Source of the DNA: Desulfobacterales bacterium
GTDB lineage: Bacteria > Desulfobacterota > Desulfobacteria > Desulfobacterales > 4572-123
Length of the DNA stretch: 55,608 nucleotides
Assembly: GCA_029939715.1 (NCBI GenBank)
Contig: JAOZSJ010000005.1
Coordinates: 7,450 to 63,057, forward strand
Reading direction: 5' to 3'
The notes beneath the pieces are model-generated. The model was given only the letters and a program-made list of their open reading frames with translations, ran no database searches and was not told where the DNA came from. Below are positions 38,826-48,155 of this stretch, one piece after another. The translations under genes were made by a program, and so were the position numbers. How positions within the stretch are numbered: position 1 is the first letter of the stretch; each line of letters begins with the position of its first letter.

Positions 38826-39131
38826 ATGAAAAAATTTATGGCGTATCATCATGACCCGGATGTTAATTGCGATGTGGTTCAAGCAAACTGGAGAAAACTG
38901 GCGGAGGTGGAAACCGCCACATGGATCAGGACTTATTATAGCGAAGAAAAAGGGATGCGCTTCTGCCTGTGGCTGGCTCCCGATGAGGAAACCTTGAAAA
39001 ATATTTTTACCAACATGGATGTCAGTTGGGAAACAATAGTGGAAGTTACGGAAACAGTACCGGATCTCTGGGGCAAAAAATGGGAAGAACACCTTGCCGC
39101 GGAAAAAACCGCCGACACCAAAGCCTTCTGA
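38826..39131 (+). CDS. DUF4242 (SCO4226-like) domain protein
   Basis: W.RTY......FCLW.APDEE pattern; AAGGAG RBS before ATG 38826. Confidence 0.75.
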   Translation: MKKFMAYHHDPDVNCDVVQANWRKLAEVETATWIRTYYSEEKGMRFCLWLAPDEETLKNIFTNMDVSWETIVEVTETVPDLWGKKWEEHLAAEKTADTKAF

Positions 39132-39140
39132 TGTAAATCC

Positions 39141-39181
39141 GATAATGTGCGGGCGGATAATGATTCTGCCCGCACATTGTC
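39141..39181. repeat. Strong inverted repeat after DUF4242 gene
   Basis: GATAATGTGCGGGCGGA / TCTGCCCGCACATTGTC, no U-tract. Confidence 0.65.
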
Positions 39182-39562
39182 GTGTCGTTTCCGGGCTTTA
39201 CCCGGTACTCATTTATAGCCCCGGAGGACAGGAGTATCTGTATTCTGATAAAGCGCTATGCCGGCGTCTATCGTTTTTCAAAAGCAATTGCCCCGAGATC
39301 CCGAAATTTCCGGCTTGACTAACCTCCCTTTTATGTTATATGTTTTTGTAGCCCTACTGACTGCCTGACTACGGCATGAAATGACATTATACAATCTGAC
39401 CATCCTTTCTCGAACTGAATTAAATTGTTTCTTTACAAACAAACTTTAACTTGATTAGGATCTCCTGTAAAATACGATTTCCGATAGAACCGGGTTTTCC
39501 GAAGGCTTCAGCAAGGGGCTCATGCAAAACACTTTTACCCTTAAAGCAGAAAGGAGAAAATT

Positions 39563-39775
39563 ATGGGCAACAGTATTTACAAAGTCGTGGAACTGGTAGG
39601 GACGAGCTCGGAATCATGGGAGGACGCAGCCAAAGCTGCCGTGGAAACCGCTTCAAAATCACTGAAGGATTTGAGGGTTGCGGAAATCGACAAACTGGAC
39701 CTGAAGGTGGAAGACGGGAAAGTTGTAGCCTACAGGGCCAAGGTAAACCTCTCCTTCAAGTATGCAACAGATTAA
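39563..39775 (+). CDS. Dodecin family protein
   Basis: YKVVELVGTS.ESWEDAA..AV..A...L, YR....SFK; 70 aa. Confidence 0.92.
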   Translation: MGNSIYKVVELVGTSSESWEDAAKAAVETASKSLKDLRVAEIDKLDLKVEDGKVVAYRAKVNLSFKYATD

Positions 39776-39796
39776 AATAGAAATTTTTGTAAAAAA

Positions 39797-39826
39797 CAAA
39801 GGGCTGCCCGGTGGCGGCCTTTTTGT
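39797..39826 (+). terminator. Putative intrinsic terminator after dodecin
   Basis: AAAGGGCTGCC/GGCGGCCTTTT stem with T-tract. Confidence 0.6.
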
Positions 39827-39923
39827 ATGAAAGGCCGCGGTTTCTCAAAAACACAAAAAGGGGCATGAATATAATATTGCCCCCGCACTTTTTGAAAAAC
39901 CGCAAAGGACTTACTGGAAAAAA

Positions 39924-40613
39924 ATGAAACACATCAGGCTGGTTTGCACATCAGGTTTTTTTTATTTTTTCCTCTTATTCTGCGGTGGCATCCATACGGT
40001 ATTACTATGTCCGCAAACGGCCCGTGGAGCTGAAAATAATTCTACATTCGCCGGTGCTTCGGTTACAACCGTTCAAGTGGCCATCGCCAACATCCGCGTC
40101 AAACCGTCGGTTAAATCAGCAATACTCGTCAAACTGAAAAAAGGCGACCGGGTAGAAATAATCAGCCGCCAGGGTTCCTGGCTGGCCGTAAAACTGCCGG
40201 ACAACCGGCTGGGATGGGCCCATCGGAACCTTTTTTCAAAACCCCGGGCATACCCCGCTGATACTGCCGGTGAAAAACTGCTCAGCGCAATCCAAAGTGA
40301 AATCATATCAAAAAATGAAGAAAAAGTGTCATTCAAATTAAGCGGCGATTATCCGCCTGAAACATTTGCCATCAATATTGAACAGCCAAAAATTGTGTGT
40401 GATTTTGCGGGACTGCTTATCGGCAGCGGTATAGGGCGGATTATAAAAGTCAACGGTACCCTGATCGAACAGATCCGGGTTGCCTATCATGAAAAGCCCA
40501 GTGCCAAGGTAAGGGTAGTTGTGGACCTTGTTCCCGACAGGAAATACAAAATCAAGCAGACATTTTACCGGCAGGAACACATTTTTGAATTAACCATCCA
40601 GCCCGGCCCATAA
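39924..40613 (+). CDS. Exported SH3b + AMIN domain protein
   Basis: Signal-like N-terminus; ANIR..PS....I...L..G...W..V......GW (SH3b); PKIVCDF...IRV....VRVVVDL (AMIN). Confidence 0.8.
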   Translation: MKHIRLVCTSGFFYFFLLFCGGIHTVLLCPQTARGAENNSTFAGASVTTVQVAIANIRVKPSVKSAILVKLKKGDRVEIISRQGSWLAVKLPDNRLGWAHRNLFSKPRAYPADTAGEKLLSAIQSEIISKNEEKVSFKLSGDYPPETFAINIEQPKIVCDFAGLLIGSGIGRIIKVNGTLIEQIRVAYHEKPSAKVRVVVDLVPDRKYKIKQTFYRQEHIFELTIQPGP

Positions 40614-40649
40614 TCGACTGGATGGCAGGCATCAATCCTGATGGGTTTT

Positions 40650-42506
40650 TTATTGCCCGCCAAAGGATTTTTCATGGATCCGCACAGCCGCATCGCAGGT
40701 TGCCCCGATAGCATCCATCTTTCCCAGAGTTACCGGAAGCAGCACATTGATACAATATTCAGCGGTTTTAAGCTGCCCGTCATAAAAGGCCGCGTTCTTG
40801 TTCTTCTCCACCTTGGCCCTTATGGCATCAGGATCATTCCCACCGGAAAGTTTTTCCAATTTGGGCATGGCAATTGAGGCCCGCCATAGATGCATCCACG
40901 CCATGATGACATCCCCCATGCAATCGAGAAACGGAGAGGCAAAGGAAAACGCCGTCTTAAAATCCGGCGACATGGCGGTCTTGCCCATGTGCATGGCGAT
41001 CTCACCCAGCCGATTGACTGCGACCTCGACCGCATCTGCCCACTTTTCCAGACCTGTTGTTTTCCTGGCTTCGGCAATGGTTTTTTGAATCTGGGTTAAA
41101 AAAGACATAAATACCATGCCTTTTTTCATTCCCAGCTTGCGTCCCAGCAGGTCCATGGCCTGGATGCCGTTGGTACCTTCATAAATGGTTGTAATCTTGC
41201 AGTCCCGCAAAAGCTGCTCAACGGGATATTCACGCGTGTACCCATAGCCGCCGAAAACATTCAGGGCCTGATCGCATATCTCGAGCCCGCGGTCGCTGCA
41301 ATAGGATTTCACCACCGGTGTAAGCAGCTCAATCAATCCCTGCCAATGTTCCTTTTCCGCCTGGTCGGCTTCACATTCCTGCATGTCAAAACAGTAGGCC
41401 ACATAGAATATAAAACTGCGCATGCCGTCCACCAGTGCTTTCATGCGCAGCAGCATCCGCCGCACATCCGGATGACAAATAATAGGCACTTGAGGAGCAT
41501 CAGGATCCTTGCCCCTGGCCAGATCTTTTCCCTGGAGCCGCTCCCGTGCATAGTTAACGGCATAGAGGTATGAGGCTGAACCATGAAGATATCCCTGGGC
41601 CCCTACTCCCAGACGGGCTTCATTCATCATATGGAACATAACAGACAAGCCCTTATTTTCCTCACCCAGCAAAAGACCCCGGCATTGCCCCTTGCTCCCG
41701 AGTGAAAGGCTGCATGTAGGGCTGCCGTGAATTCCCATCTTTTCTTCCACGCCGGTACATACAATATCGTTGAATTCTCCCATACTGCCGTCGTCATTAA
41801 CCCTGTATTTGGGAACCAGGAAGATGGATATTCCCCGGGCACCTTTGGGCGCCCCCTCGACTCTGGCCAGTACCGGATGAATGATATTCTCCGTGATATC
41901 GTGATCTCCGCAGGTGATAAAAATCTTGCTGCCGGTGATGGAGTAGGTGCCGTCGGCATTTTTCACCGCCGTCGTTGTCAATGCGCCCAGATCCGACCCG
42001 GCATCGGGTTCGGTAAGCAGCATGGTACCGGCCCAGACTCCTGAATAAACTTTTTTCAAAAACAGATCTTTCTGCTTTTTGGTTCCGAAAATTTCGATCA
42101 TTTTACCTGTGCCGTGGCCGAGAATGGCAAACGCGGTAAAGGCAAAATTCGCCCCCACCAGATAGTCATACGCAGCCTGCTTGATTATATGGGGCAATCC
42201 CTGCCCGCCGATCTCAGGGTCTTCGGTCACGGCAATCCATTCGCCTTCGGAAAAGAGCTTATAAGGCCTTCGAAAACACTTGGGCGCCTTGACCTGGCCG
42301 TCCACGAGATGAACCCCCTCCCGGTCCCCCTCGGCATAGGTCGGCAGGATTTCCTTAATGGCAAAATTCCTGGCCTCGGTCACGATCATATCAAAGATCT
42401 TGCGGTTCAAGTCATTGTATTTTTTCGTCTTGACAAGCGCCTCGATGCCCAGTTGCTCATACAGAACGAAATCGATATCCCTACGTTCTGAAATTAATTG
42501 CGCCAT
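40650..42506 (-). CDS. Acyl-CoA dehydrogenase (~600-aa type)
   Basis: GTMLLTEPDAGSD, G.KIFIT, EEKMGIHGSPTC, GGYGY..EYP, IYEGTNGIQ; AAGGAG RBS before ATG 42506. Confidence 0.95.
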   Translation of the reverse strand: MAQLISERRDIDFVLYEQLGIEALVKTKKYNDLNRKIFDMIVTEARNFAIKEILPTYAEGDREGVHLVDGQVKAPKCFRRPYKLFSEGEWIAVTEDPEIGGQGLPHIIKQAAYDYLVGANFAFTAFAILGHGTGKMIEIFGTKKQKDLFLKKVYSGVWAGTMLLTEPDAGSDLGALTTTAVKNADGTYSITGSKIFITCGDHDITENIIHPVLARVEGAPKGARGISIFLVPKYRVNDDGSMGEFNDIVCTGVEEKMGIHGSPTCSLSLGSKGQCRGLLLGEENKGLSVMFHMMNEARLGVGAQGYLHGSASYLYAVNYARERLQGKDLARGKDPDAPQVPIICHPDVRRMLLRMKALVDGMRSFIFYVAYCFDMQECEADQAEKEHWQGLIELLTPVVKSYCSDRGLEICDQALNVFGGYGYTREYPVEQLLRDCKITTIYEGTNGIQAMDLLGRKLGMKKGMVFMSFLTQIQKTIAEARKTTGLEKWADAVEVAVNRLGEIAMHMGKTAMSPDFKTAFSFASPFLDCMGDVIMAWMHLWRASIAMPKLEKLSGGNDPDAIRAKVEKNKNAAFYDGQLKTAEYCINVLLPVTLGKMDAIGATCDAAVRIHEKSFGGQ

Positions 42507-42564
42507 GACTAAACTCCTTTGGATAATTTCTGGGTAAAATACCGTCAGCTCCCCATAAAGATTC

Positions 42565-42580
42565 TGTATAAAATTATACA
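42565..42580. promoter_or_regulatory. Candidate operator palindrome
   Basis: TGTATAA-AA-TTATACA, just downstream of a minus-strand TTGACA (42621-42626)/TAAAAT promoter. Confidence 0.5.
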
Positions 42581-42777
42581 TAAATTAGAAAATATAATTT
42601 TATACGATTTACTGATGATTTGTCAATACTTTGAATTGCAATTTATAGCATTCCGTCATTATTCACTTTTCAATTATACCAGTCTGCGTTATAAAATATT
42701 TTCCGACATAAAAAACACGAATTTTAGAATAAAAATACAATTGAGCGATTAGATTCGGCTGATAAAAGGAGATACCT

Positions 42778-43758
42778 ATGAACGGTATACAGCGGGTAAA
42801 AGCGGCGATCTCACGCAAACCGATCGACAGGGTTCCAAAGGGGGAACTTGTCGTTGAAACGGAATTCATCCGAAACTATATGGCGTGGCTGGCCGATCCC
42901 GAATCTCCTTCCCTTTTCAAATCAGGAAAAACGGCGGCGCCTCTCACCCACGAAACTGAAATAGAGTTCTATCAATCGGCAGGACTGGATCTTGTTTGTG
43001 TTCAGGACACAAGGGACGAGACAGGAGATGAAGGGAGCAGTGCCGACACCATGCGATTCAGACGGTACACAGACGAAGGGCTCTTTGTATTCTCACTGAT
43101 AAACGGGGCTTTCCAGACCGTGATGTGCAGCCGGGATTTCATGGCTTTTATGGGAGATGTGGTCCGAAGTCCTGAGGATGTGGCCAAAGCAATGCGGAAT
43201 GTGACTGTGGAGATCGCCCGACGAATGGAGCAGGACCTCTCCGACGGGGCCCACGGCATCATCATAGCCGATGATATCGCCTACAACCAGGGCCCCCTGG
43301 TTCCACCGAAATTCGTTGCAAAATATCTCCTGCCCTGCTGGCAGACTCAGGTAGCGGCGGCCAAAGGGCTGGGCATACCGGTATTCTTCCACTCCGACGG
43401 CAACCTGAACACCCTCCTGCCTTCCATAGTCGATGCAGGTTTTAACGGCCTCCAGTGCATCGAGCCCGCGGCGGGGATGGACATCGGCAAAATCAAAAGG
43501 GAAAACGGAGATCGCCTCTGCCTGATGGGCAACATGGACCCGGCGCTGTTGTCCGCAGACCCTGCTGGACTACAAACCACAGGCGATAACGGACTACGGG
43601 AAGTGTCGGATGCAACTGCCGCACTGATATCGGCAGCAGCCCCGGGGGGCGGTTTCATCTTCGGCACCTGCAGCGGGCTCCATGGCGAGATGTGTCCCGA
43701 AAAAGTTCACCGCATGTATGACACGGCGGACAATGCCGGGGTCTACCCGTGCAAATGA
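42778..43758 (+). CDS. Uroporphyrinogen decarboxylase (URO-D/MtaA-CmuA) superfamily protein
   Basis: IADDIAY..GP, FHSDGN, IEPAAGMD, LCLMGN.D, GGFIFG. Confidence 0.85.
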   Translation: MNGIQRVKAAISRKPIDRVPKGELVVETEFIRNYMAWLADPESPSLFKSGKTAAPLTHETEIEFYQSAGLDLVCVQDTRDETGDEGSSADTMRFRRYTDEGLFVFSLINGAFQTVMCSRDFMAFMGDVVRSPEDVAKAMRNVTVEIARRMEQDLSDGAHGIIIADDIAYNQGPLVPPKFVAKYLLPCWQTQVAAAKGLGIPVFFHSDGNLNTLLPSIVDAGFNGLQCIEPAAGMDIGKIKRENGDRLCLMGNMDPALLSADPAGLQTTGDNGLREVSDATAALISAAAPGGGFIFGTCSGLHGEMCPEKVHRMYDTADNAGVYPCK

Positions 43759-43825
43759 CGAGAACCGCTCACTCACAGTTCGATGCTGAATTTTTTTAAA
43801 AGGAAATTGCTGGGAAAAGCTTTGT

Positions 43826-44716
43826 TTACCCTTTCGTCCACCATGTGCTGTCGTCGATGGTATCTTCTGATTCCGGGCCTGTTTCGGTCGATGATCCGGC
43901 CACGGGCCTGCCCACCAGGTTAATGCACCCGGGTTTACATTTATCAACAGCCTTTTTCAAGCCTTCGGCATGATCGCTTGAATATTTTTCATAATTGATG
44001 GCTGACAGGTTTCCCTGCATTTCAAACAGGTCACTGGATTTGACACACAGTTTACACCCGATACATCCGACACGGCATACGGCCTTGACATCTTTTGCCG
44101 AATCCGGGTTTGAACAGGTGACGGCCAGTATCCTGTCATATTTAAAGGGCGTCATGGCAATAATACCCCGCTGACAGGCCTTGGCACAGGCCCCGCAGCC
44201 CACACATTTTTCATAATCAACCACGGCCAGGCCGTCTACAATATGAATAGCATCATAATTACAAACGCTTACGCAGTCTCCAAAGCCAAGGCAGCCATAT
44301 GTACAGCCCTGCACGCCCTGAATCAGACCGGCGGCGGCACAGGTGGGTTCACCACGATATTCGCTGCGCTGCAGTCTATCATCATAATGCGCATTGCAAC
44401 GGACAAGCGGACGGATCGGTGCGGTGTCACTGACTTCAACCCCCATAATAGCGGCTATCTCCGCGGCAACACTTTCTCCGCCCACGGTACACTTGTTTAC
44501 CTGGGCTTCGCCGGCTACAACGGCTTCGGCATATTCGCCGCAACCCACGCAGCCGCAGCCGCCGCAGTTGGCACCGGGTAGAATCTCGATAATTTTTTCA
44601 ACGTTTTTATCGACTTCGACATGAAAAGCTCTGTTGGCCCAGCCCAGAATATAAGAAAAGATAACTGCCATTCCAACCATACTTCCGGCAGACAGCCCAA
44701 TGGTGACCCACGTCAT
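43826..44716 (-). CDS. rnfB: Rnf complex subunit B
   Basis: N-terminal TM, LPGANCGGCG..GC, several CxxCxxCxxxC clusters. Confidence 0.93.
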   Translation of the reverse strand: MTWVTIGLSAGSMVGMAVIFSYILGWANRAFHVEVDKNVEKIIEILPGANCGGCGCVGCGEYAEAVVAGEAQVNKCTVGGESVAAEIAAIMGVEVSDTAPIRPLVRCNAHYDDRLQRSEYRGEPTCAAAGLIQGVQGCTYGCLGFGDCVSVCNYDAIHIVDGLAVVDYEKCVGCGACAKACQRGIIAMTPFKYDRILAVTCSNPDSAKDVKAVCRVGCIGCKLCVKSSDLFEMQGNLSAINYEKYSSDHAEGLKKAVDKCKPGCINLVGRPVAGSSTETGPESEDTIDDSTWWTKG

Positions 44717-44823
44717 AACAACTCCTGTAATTCTTCAACTACTTTATTTTCTCGTTATCGTAAAATCCAAACCAGTGAAGTTTAAACCTTATCCGTAAGT
44801 GATCGCAGATAAAGACATCTTTT

Positions 44824-45606
44824 CTACCGCAGATGAACCTTGTCCGAAATCCGGGCAACCTGAAGCGGGATGCAGGCATCTCCGGAATCTGCAATCTCTG
44901 TTGCCGGTTTGGTAGTCAGAGCCTTTCTCAAACCTGAATCCACTCCGGTAAAACCCATGAAAGCCATGGCCAGAATTCCACCCACGATAAGGGTTATCGC
45001 CGCTCCCTGAAAGGGCCTGGGAACGTCACACAGGTCAAGTTCTTCACGGATGCCGGCCATTATTACGATGGCGATTGTAAAGCCCACGCCCCCGAATACC
45101 GCCAGAATCAGTGAGCGGCCAAGATCCCAGGCATCAGCGGGATTATCCACGCCAACGACATTGCTCATGATAGTCAGGCAGGCAAACAAAATAGCGCAAT
45201 TGGTGGTAATCAGCGGCAAAAACACGCCAAACGATTTATATAAAGCCGGAAAAAACTTGCGAACATACATCTCCACAAACTGTACAGAGGATGCAATGGC
45301 AAAAATATAGACGATGTAGCTTAAAATCGTCAGGTCTATTTTACCTGCCGTCTCGGCCGGCATAAAAAATCCGGCAACCCAGCTTGAAAGGGGCGCACCA
45401 GGCATAAGGATGAGTGTTGTAATGCTCCAGCTTAAAATTGCAGCTATGGAAATTACAAACGTCACCGCACACCCCATGCCAAAGGCCATGTCTACCCGTC
45501 GGGAAACACCCACGAAGGGGCAGATCCCCACAAAATAATGCAGAACAAAATTGTTTATCAGGGCTGCACTGACGGCAATAAGAAAAATATCGATTAAATA
45601 ATTCAT
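44824..45606 (-). CDS. rnfA: Rnf complex subunit A
   Basis: [31 protein letters not shown]. Confidence 0.93.
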   Translation of the reverse strand: MNYLIDIFLIAVSAALINNFVLHYFVGICPFVGVSRRVDMAFGMGCAVTFVISIAAILSWSITTLILMPGAPLSSWVAGFFMPAETAGKIDLTILSYIVYIFAIASSVQFVEMYVRKFFPALYKSFGVFLPLITTNCAILFACLTIMSNVVGVDNPADAWDLGRSLILAVFGGVGFTIAIVIMAGIREELDLCDVPRPFQGAAITLIVGGILAMAFMGFTGVDSGLRKALTTKPATEIADSGDACIPLQVARISDKVHLR

Positions 45607-45693
45607 ATTAAAACATTCCTAAATTTTATATGATTTAGCAAGCCCGCCCTGGGCGCTATCTTCGTTTGAGCAAACATGAAGTTAGTAACACCC

Positions 45694-46317
45694 TTAATTT
45701 TTGCCTGCTTTGGCAGCCCGCCGGCTGTCTATCCAGTTGACCATTCCGAGAAGAATACCAAATGTAAGAAAAGCGCCCGGAGGCAGTACCATGATGACCC
45801 AGTCCGGCCAGGCAACAGGCAGTACCCGCAAACCGAAAAACATACCGGTGCCCAGTATCTCCCGAATGGCCGCGATGCTGGAAAGCGCAAGTGCAAAACC
45901 AATGGACTGGCCGATGGCATCTGAAGCGGCAGTGACTACCGTTTGCTTGGAAGCACAGACCTCGCAGCGGCATATGATGATACAGTTAACGATAATCAGG
46001 GGTATGTATGGTCCAAGAGTTTTACTCATCTGATACATATATGCCGCCAGAAAACGATCCGCGATCGTTACAAAGGTGGCAATGGTAAGCGTAAAAATAA
46101 CAATCCGCAAATGAGGCTTGAGCAGATTTCGTATCAGACTTGTAATAACATTGGCGCACAGCAGAACAAAGCCTACGGCGGCGGCCATGGTAATGGCGGA
46201 TTTCATACCATTTGTCACGGCCAGAGTGGGGCACAGCCCAAGCAGTTGTCTGTAAACAGGGTTTTCCGGTAAAATACCCTGAATGAATCGCTCGGTGGAA
46301 GTTGGTTGATCAGCCAT
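45694..46317 (-). CDS. rnfE: Rnf complex subunit E
   Basis: ENP...LLGLCPTLAVT, IPLIIVNC, IREILG.G, LPPGAF. Confidence 0.95.
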   Translation of the reverse strand: MADQPTSTERFIQGILPENPVYRQLLGLCPTLAVTNGMKSAITMAAAVGFVLLCANVITSLIRNLLKPHLRIVIFTLTIATFVTIADRFLAAYMYQMSKTLGPYIPLIIVNCIIICRCEVCASKQTVVTAASDAIGQSIGFALALSSIAAIREILGTGMFFGLRVLPVAWPDWVIMVLPPGAFLTFGILLGMVNWIDSRRAAKAGKN

Positions 46318-46343
46318 TTTCTTGATAATCCCTTTTTCTTCTA

Positions 46344-47003
46344 TTATCTCGCCTTGGCGGCCAGCATGCCTTTAAGATCGTTCATTGTCGTATTGATGAT
46401 ACTGCTTACGGCTCTGGAAGAAATGGTGGCGCCCGTTACGCCGTCGATCTCGTTAGGAGCCTTGGCCCCCTCCTTGGTTACCGTTAATGGGCTGCCGGTT
46501 TTCTTTGCAATAAATTGATTGCGCCATTTTTCCGTAACGATTTTATTTCCAAGGCCGGGTGTTTCTTTTTGATCCAGCACAAACAGCCCGGTTATGGTTT
46601 CAGCAGCCGAATCCAGCCCGATAAGCAATTCGATCTTATCGGCATATCCCTGTCCCGCGGTTTTTACCACCCAGCCGGCGAGTTTCCCTGCAACCCTGGT
46701 TTCGAAAACGCTGTAAAAAACCTTTGTCCCATGCTTCTCGATCTCCATGGTTTGCGGTGTAATTTCGAGCTGCTGATTCTGCTTGAGTATCTCGAGGGCC
46801 CCGGCTTTTCCAAAAACCAGCTCCGGAACCTTTTGGCGGGTTTCGTTGATTTTATTAGCCTCGATGGTAGGGGCCAGAGTCAACTGGATTCCGGCAAGTG
46901 ATGCGCCGAAAAAAAGCGCAAGGGTCAGTACAAGCCAGGCCTGAACAATATTATTATTTTTAATGCGCTGTCCAAAGGATTGTTCCATGTGTGTAGCGTT
47001 CAT
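46344..47003 (-). CDS. rnfG: Rnf complex subunit G (FMN-binding)
   Basis: GY, ETPGLG, DGVTGATISS flavinylation motif. Confidence 0.93.
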   Translation of the reverse strand: MNATHMEQSFGQRIKNNNIVQAWLVLTLALFFGASLAGIQLTLAPTIEANKINETRQKVPELVFGKAGALEILKQNQQLEITPQTMEIEKHGTKVFYSVFETRVAGKLAGWVVKTAGQGYADKIELLIGLDSAAETITGLFVLDQKETPGLGNKIVTEKWRNQFIAKKTGSPLTVTKEGAKAPNEIDGVTGATISSRAVSSIINTTMNDLKGMLAAKAR

Positions 47004-47074
47004 AATCTATCCATCTATTTTTTGGCCAAGGCTTGGAAACCTGCTGCAAAACCATGACCTTTTTAAAAATATGT

Positions 47075-48064
47075 TTATTGGCTGCCCAGCGGGCGCGGAA
47101 TCGTCCAGCGATTGATGAGCGGAGTCAAGGCATTCATCAGTAAAACAGCAAACATCACGCCCTCGGGATACCCGCTGAATACTCGCAGCAGCATAACCAG
47201 AGTGCCGACACCGATTCCGAAAATAAACTTACCTTTTGGAGTCAGGGGACTGGTGACCGGATCAGTGGCAATAAAAAATGCACCGAAGAGCAAGGCCCCT
47301 CCCATCAGATGATGCAGCACTGTCCACTGAGAATCAGGGCTGATCAGGTTGGCGATACCACCCAGTACCAGCACGGACGATATTACGCCGGCAGGAATTT
47401 CCCATGATGCGGTACGGCGGATACACAAATAAATGCCGCCTAAAATACAGGCCAGACCGCTGGTTTCTCCGAGTGAACCGTTTGTCATACCGGTAAACAG
47501 GGCGAAAAGAGGCGTTGCAACTCCTGTCTGTTTGAACACATTCATGGGAGTAGCCTGGGTAATGGCATCCACGGCACTTTGAGCGTTTTCATATCCCGAT
47601 GCCGCCAGCGCGGCCGCAAAGGAGATCATTACAAAGGCACGCCCCACCATGGCCGGGTTAAAAATATTCATTCCGAGACCGCCGAAGAGAACCTTGCCGA
47701 TGCCGATGGCCACAAAGCCGGCAATAACTCCTACATACCATGGAGCCGTGCCGGGCAGGGACAGGGCCAGAATAACGCCGGTGATTGCCGCGGAGTAATC
47801 ATTCAGGCTGAAAGATTTTCCGCGCATCCTCACAAAAAGTGCTTCTGCAACCAGACAGCTGCCGACACAGATTAACAGCTGCCGCACTGCATACATGCGG
47901 AAGAGATACAGTGCCATGATGACGACCGGTAAAAGAGCTACCAGAACATCAAGCATCATCCGCCGTGTGTCGGATTTGCTGGACAAATGCGGCGAAGACG
48001 ACACATGAAAAACCGGTGCTGCCGCCTCAACGTCTGATTCTATTTGTTGTTTGTTTTCTGCCAT
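47075..48064 (-). CDS. rnfD: Rnf complex subunit D
   Basis: SSPH, FGGLG.N.FNPA, DAITQATP, GSLGE.S, ATDPVTSP, YPEG; start 48064 or 48118. Confidence 0.95.
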   Translation of the reverse strand: MAENKQQIESDVEAAAPVFHVSSSPHLSSKSDTRRMMLDVLVALLPVVIMALYLFRMYAVRQLLICVGSCLVAEALFVRMRGKSFSLNDYSAAITGVILALSLPGTAPWYVGVIAGFVAIGIGKVLFGGLGMNIFNPAMVGRAFVMISFAAALAASGYENAQSAVDAITQATPMNVFKQTGVATPLFALFTGMTNGSLGETSGLACILGGIYLCIRRTASWEIPAGVISSVLVLGGIANLISPDSQWTVLHHLMGGALLFGAFFIATDPVTSPLTPKGKFIFGIGVGTLVMLLRVFSGYPEGVMFAVLLMNALTPLINRWTIPRPLGSQ

Positions 48065-48155
48065 AACTAAATTTATTGTCCGGATGTTTGACCGGGCCTT
48101 GCCGGGCAGGCTGACCATCCAGCCTGCGCCTTAAAGCCGGTCCATGTTATTAACA

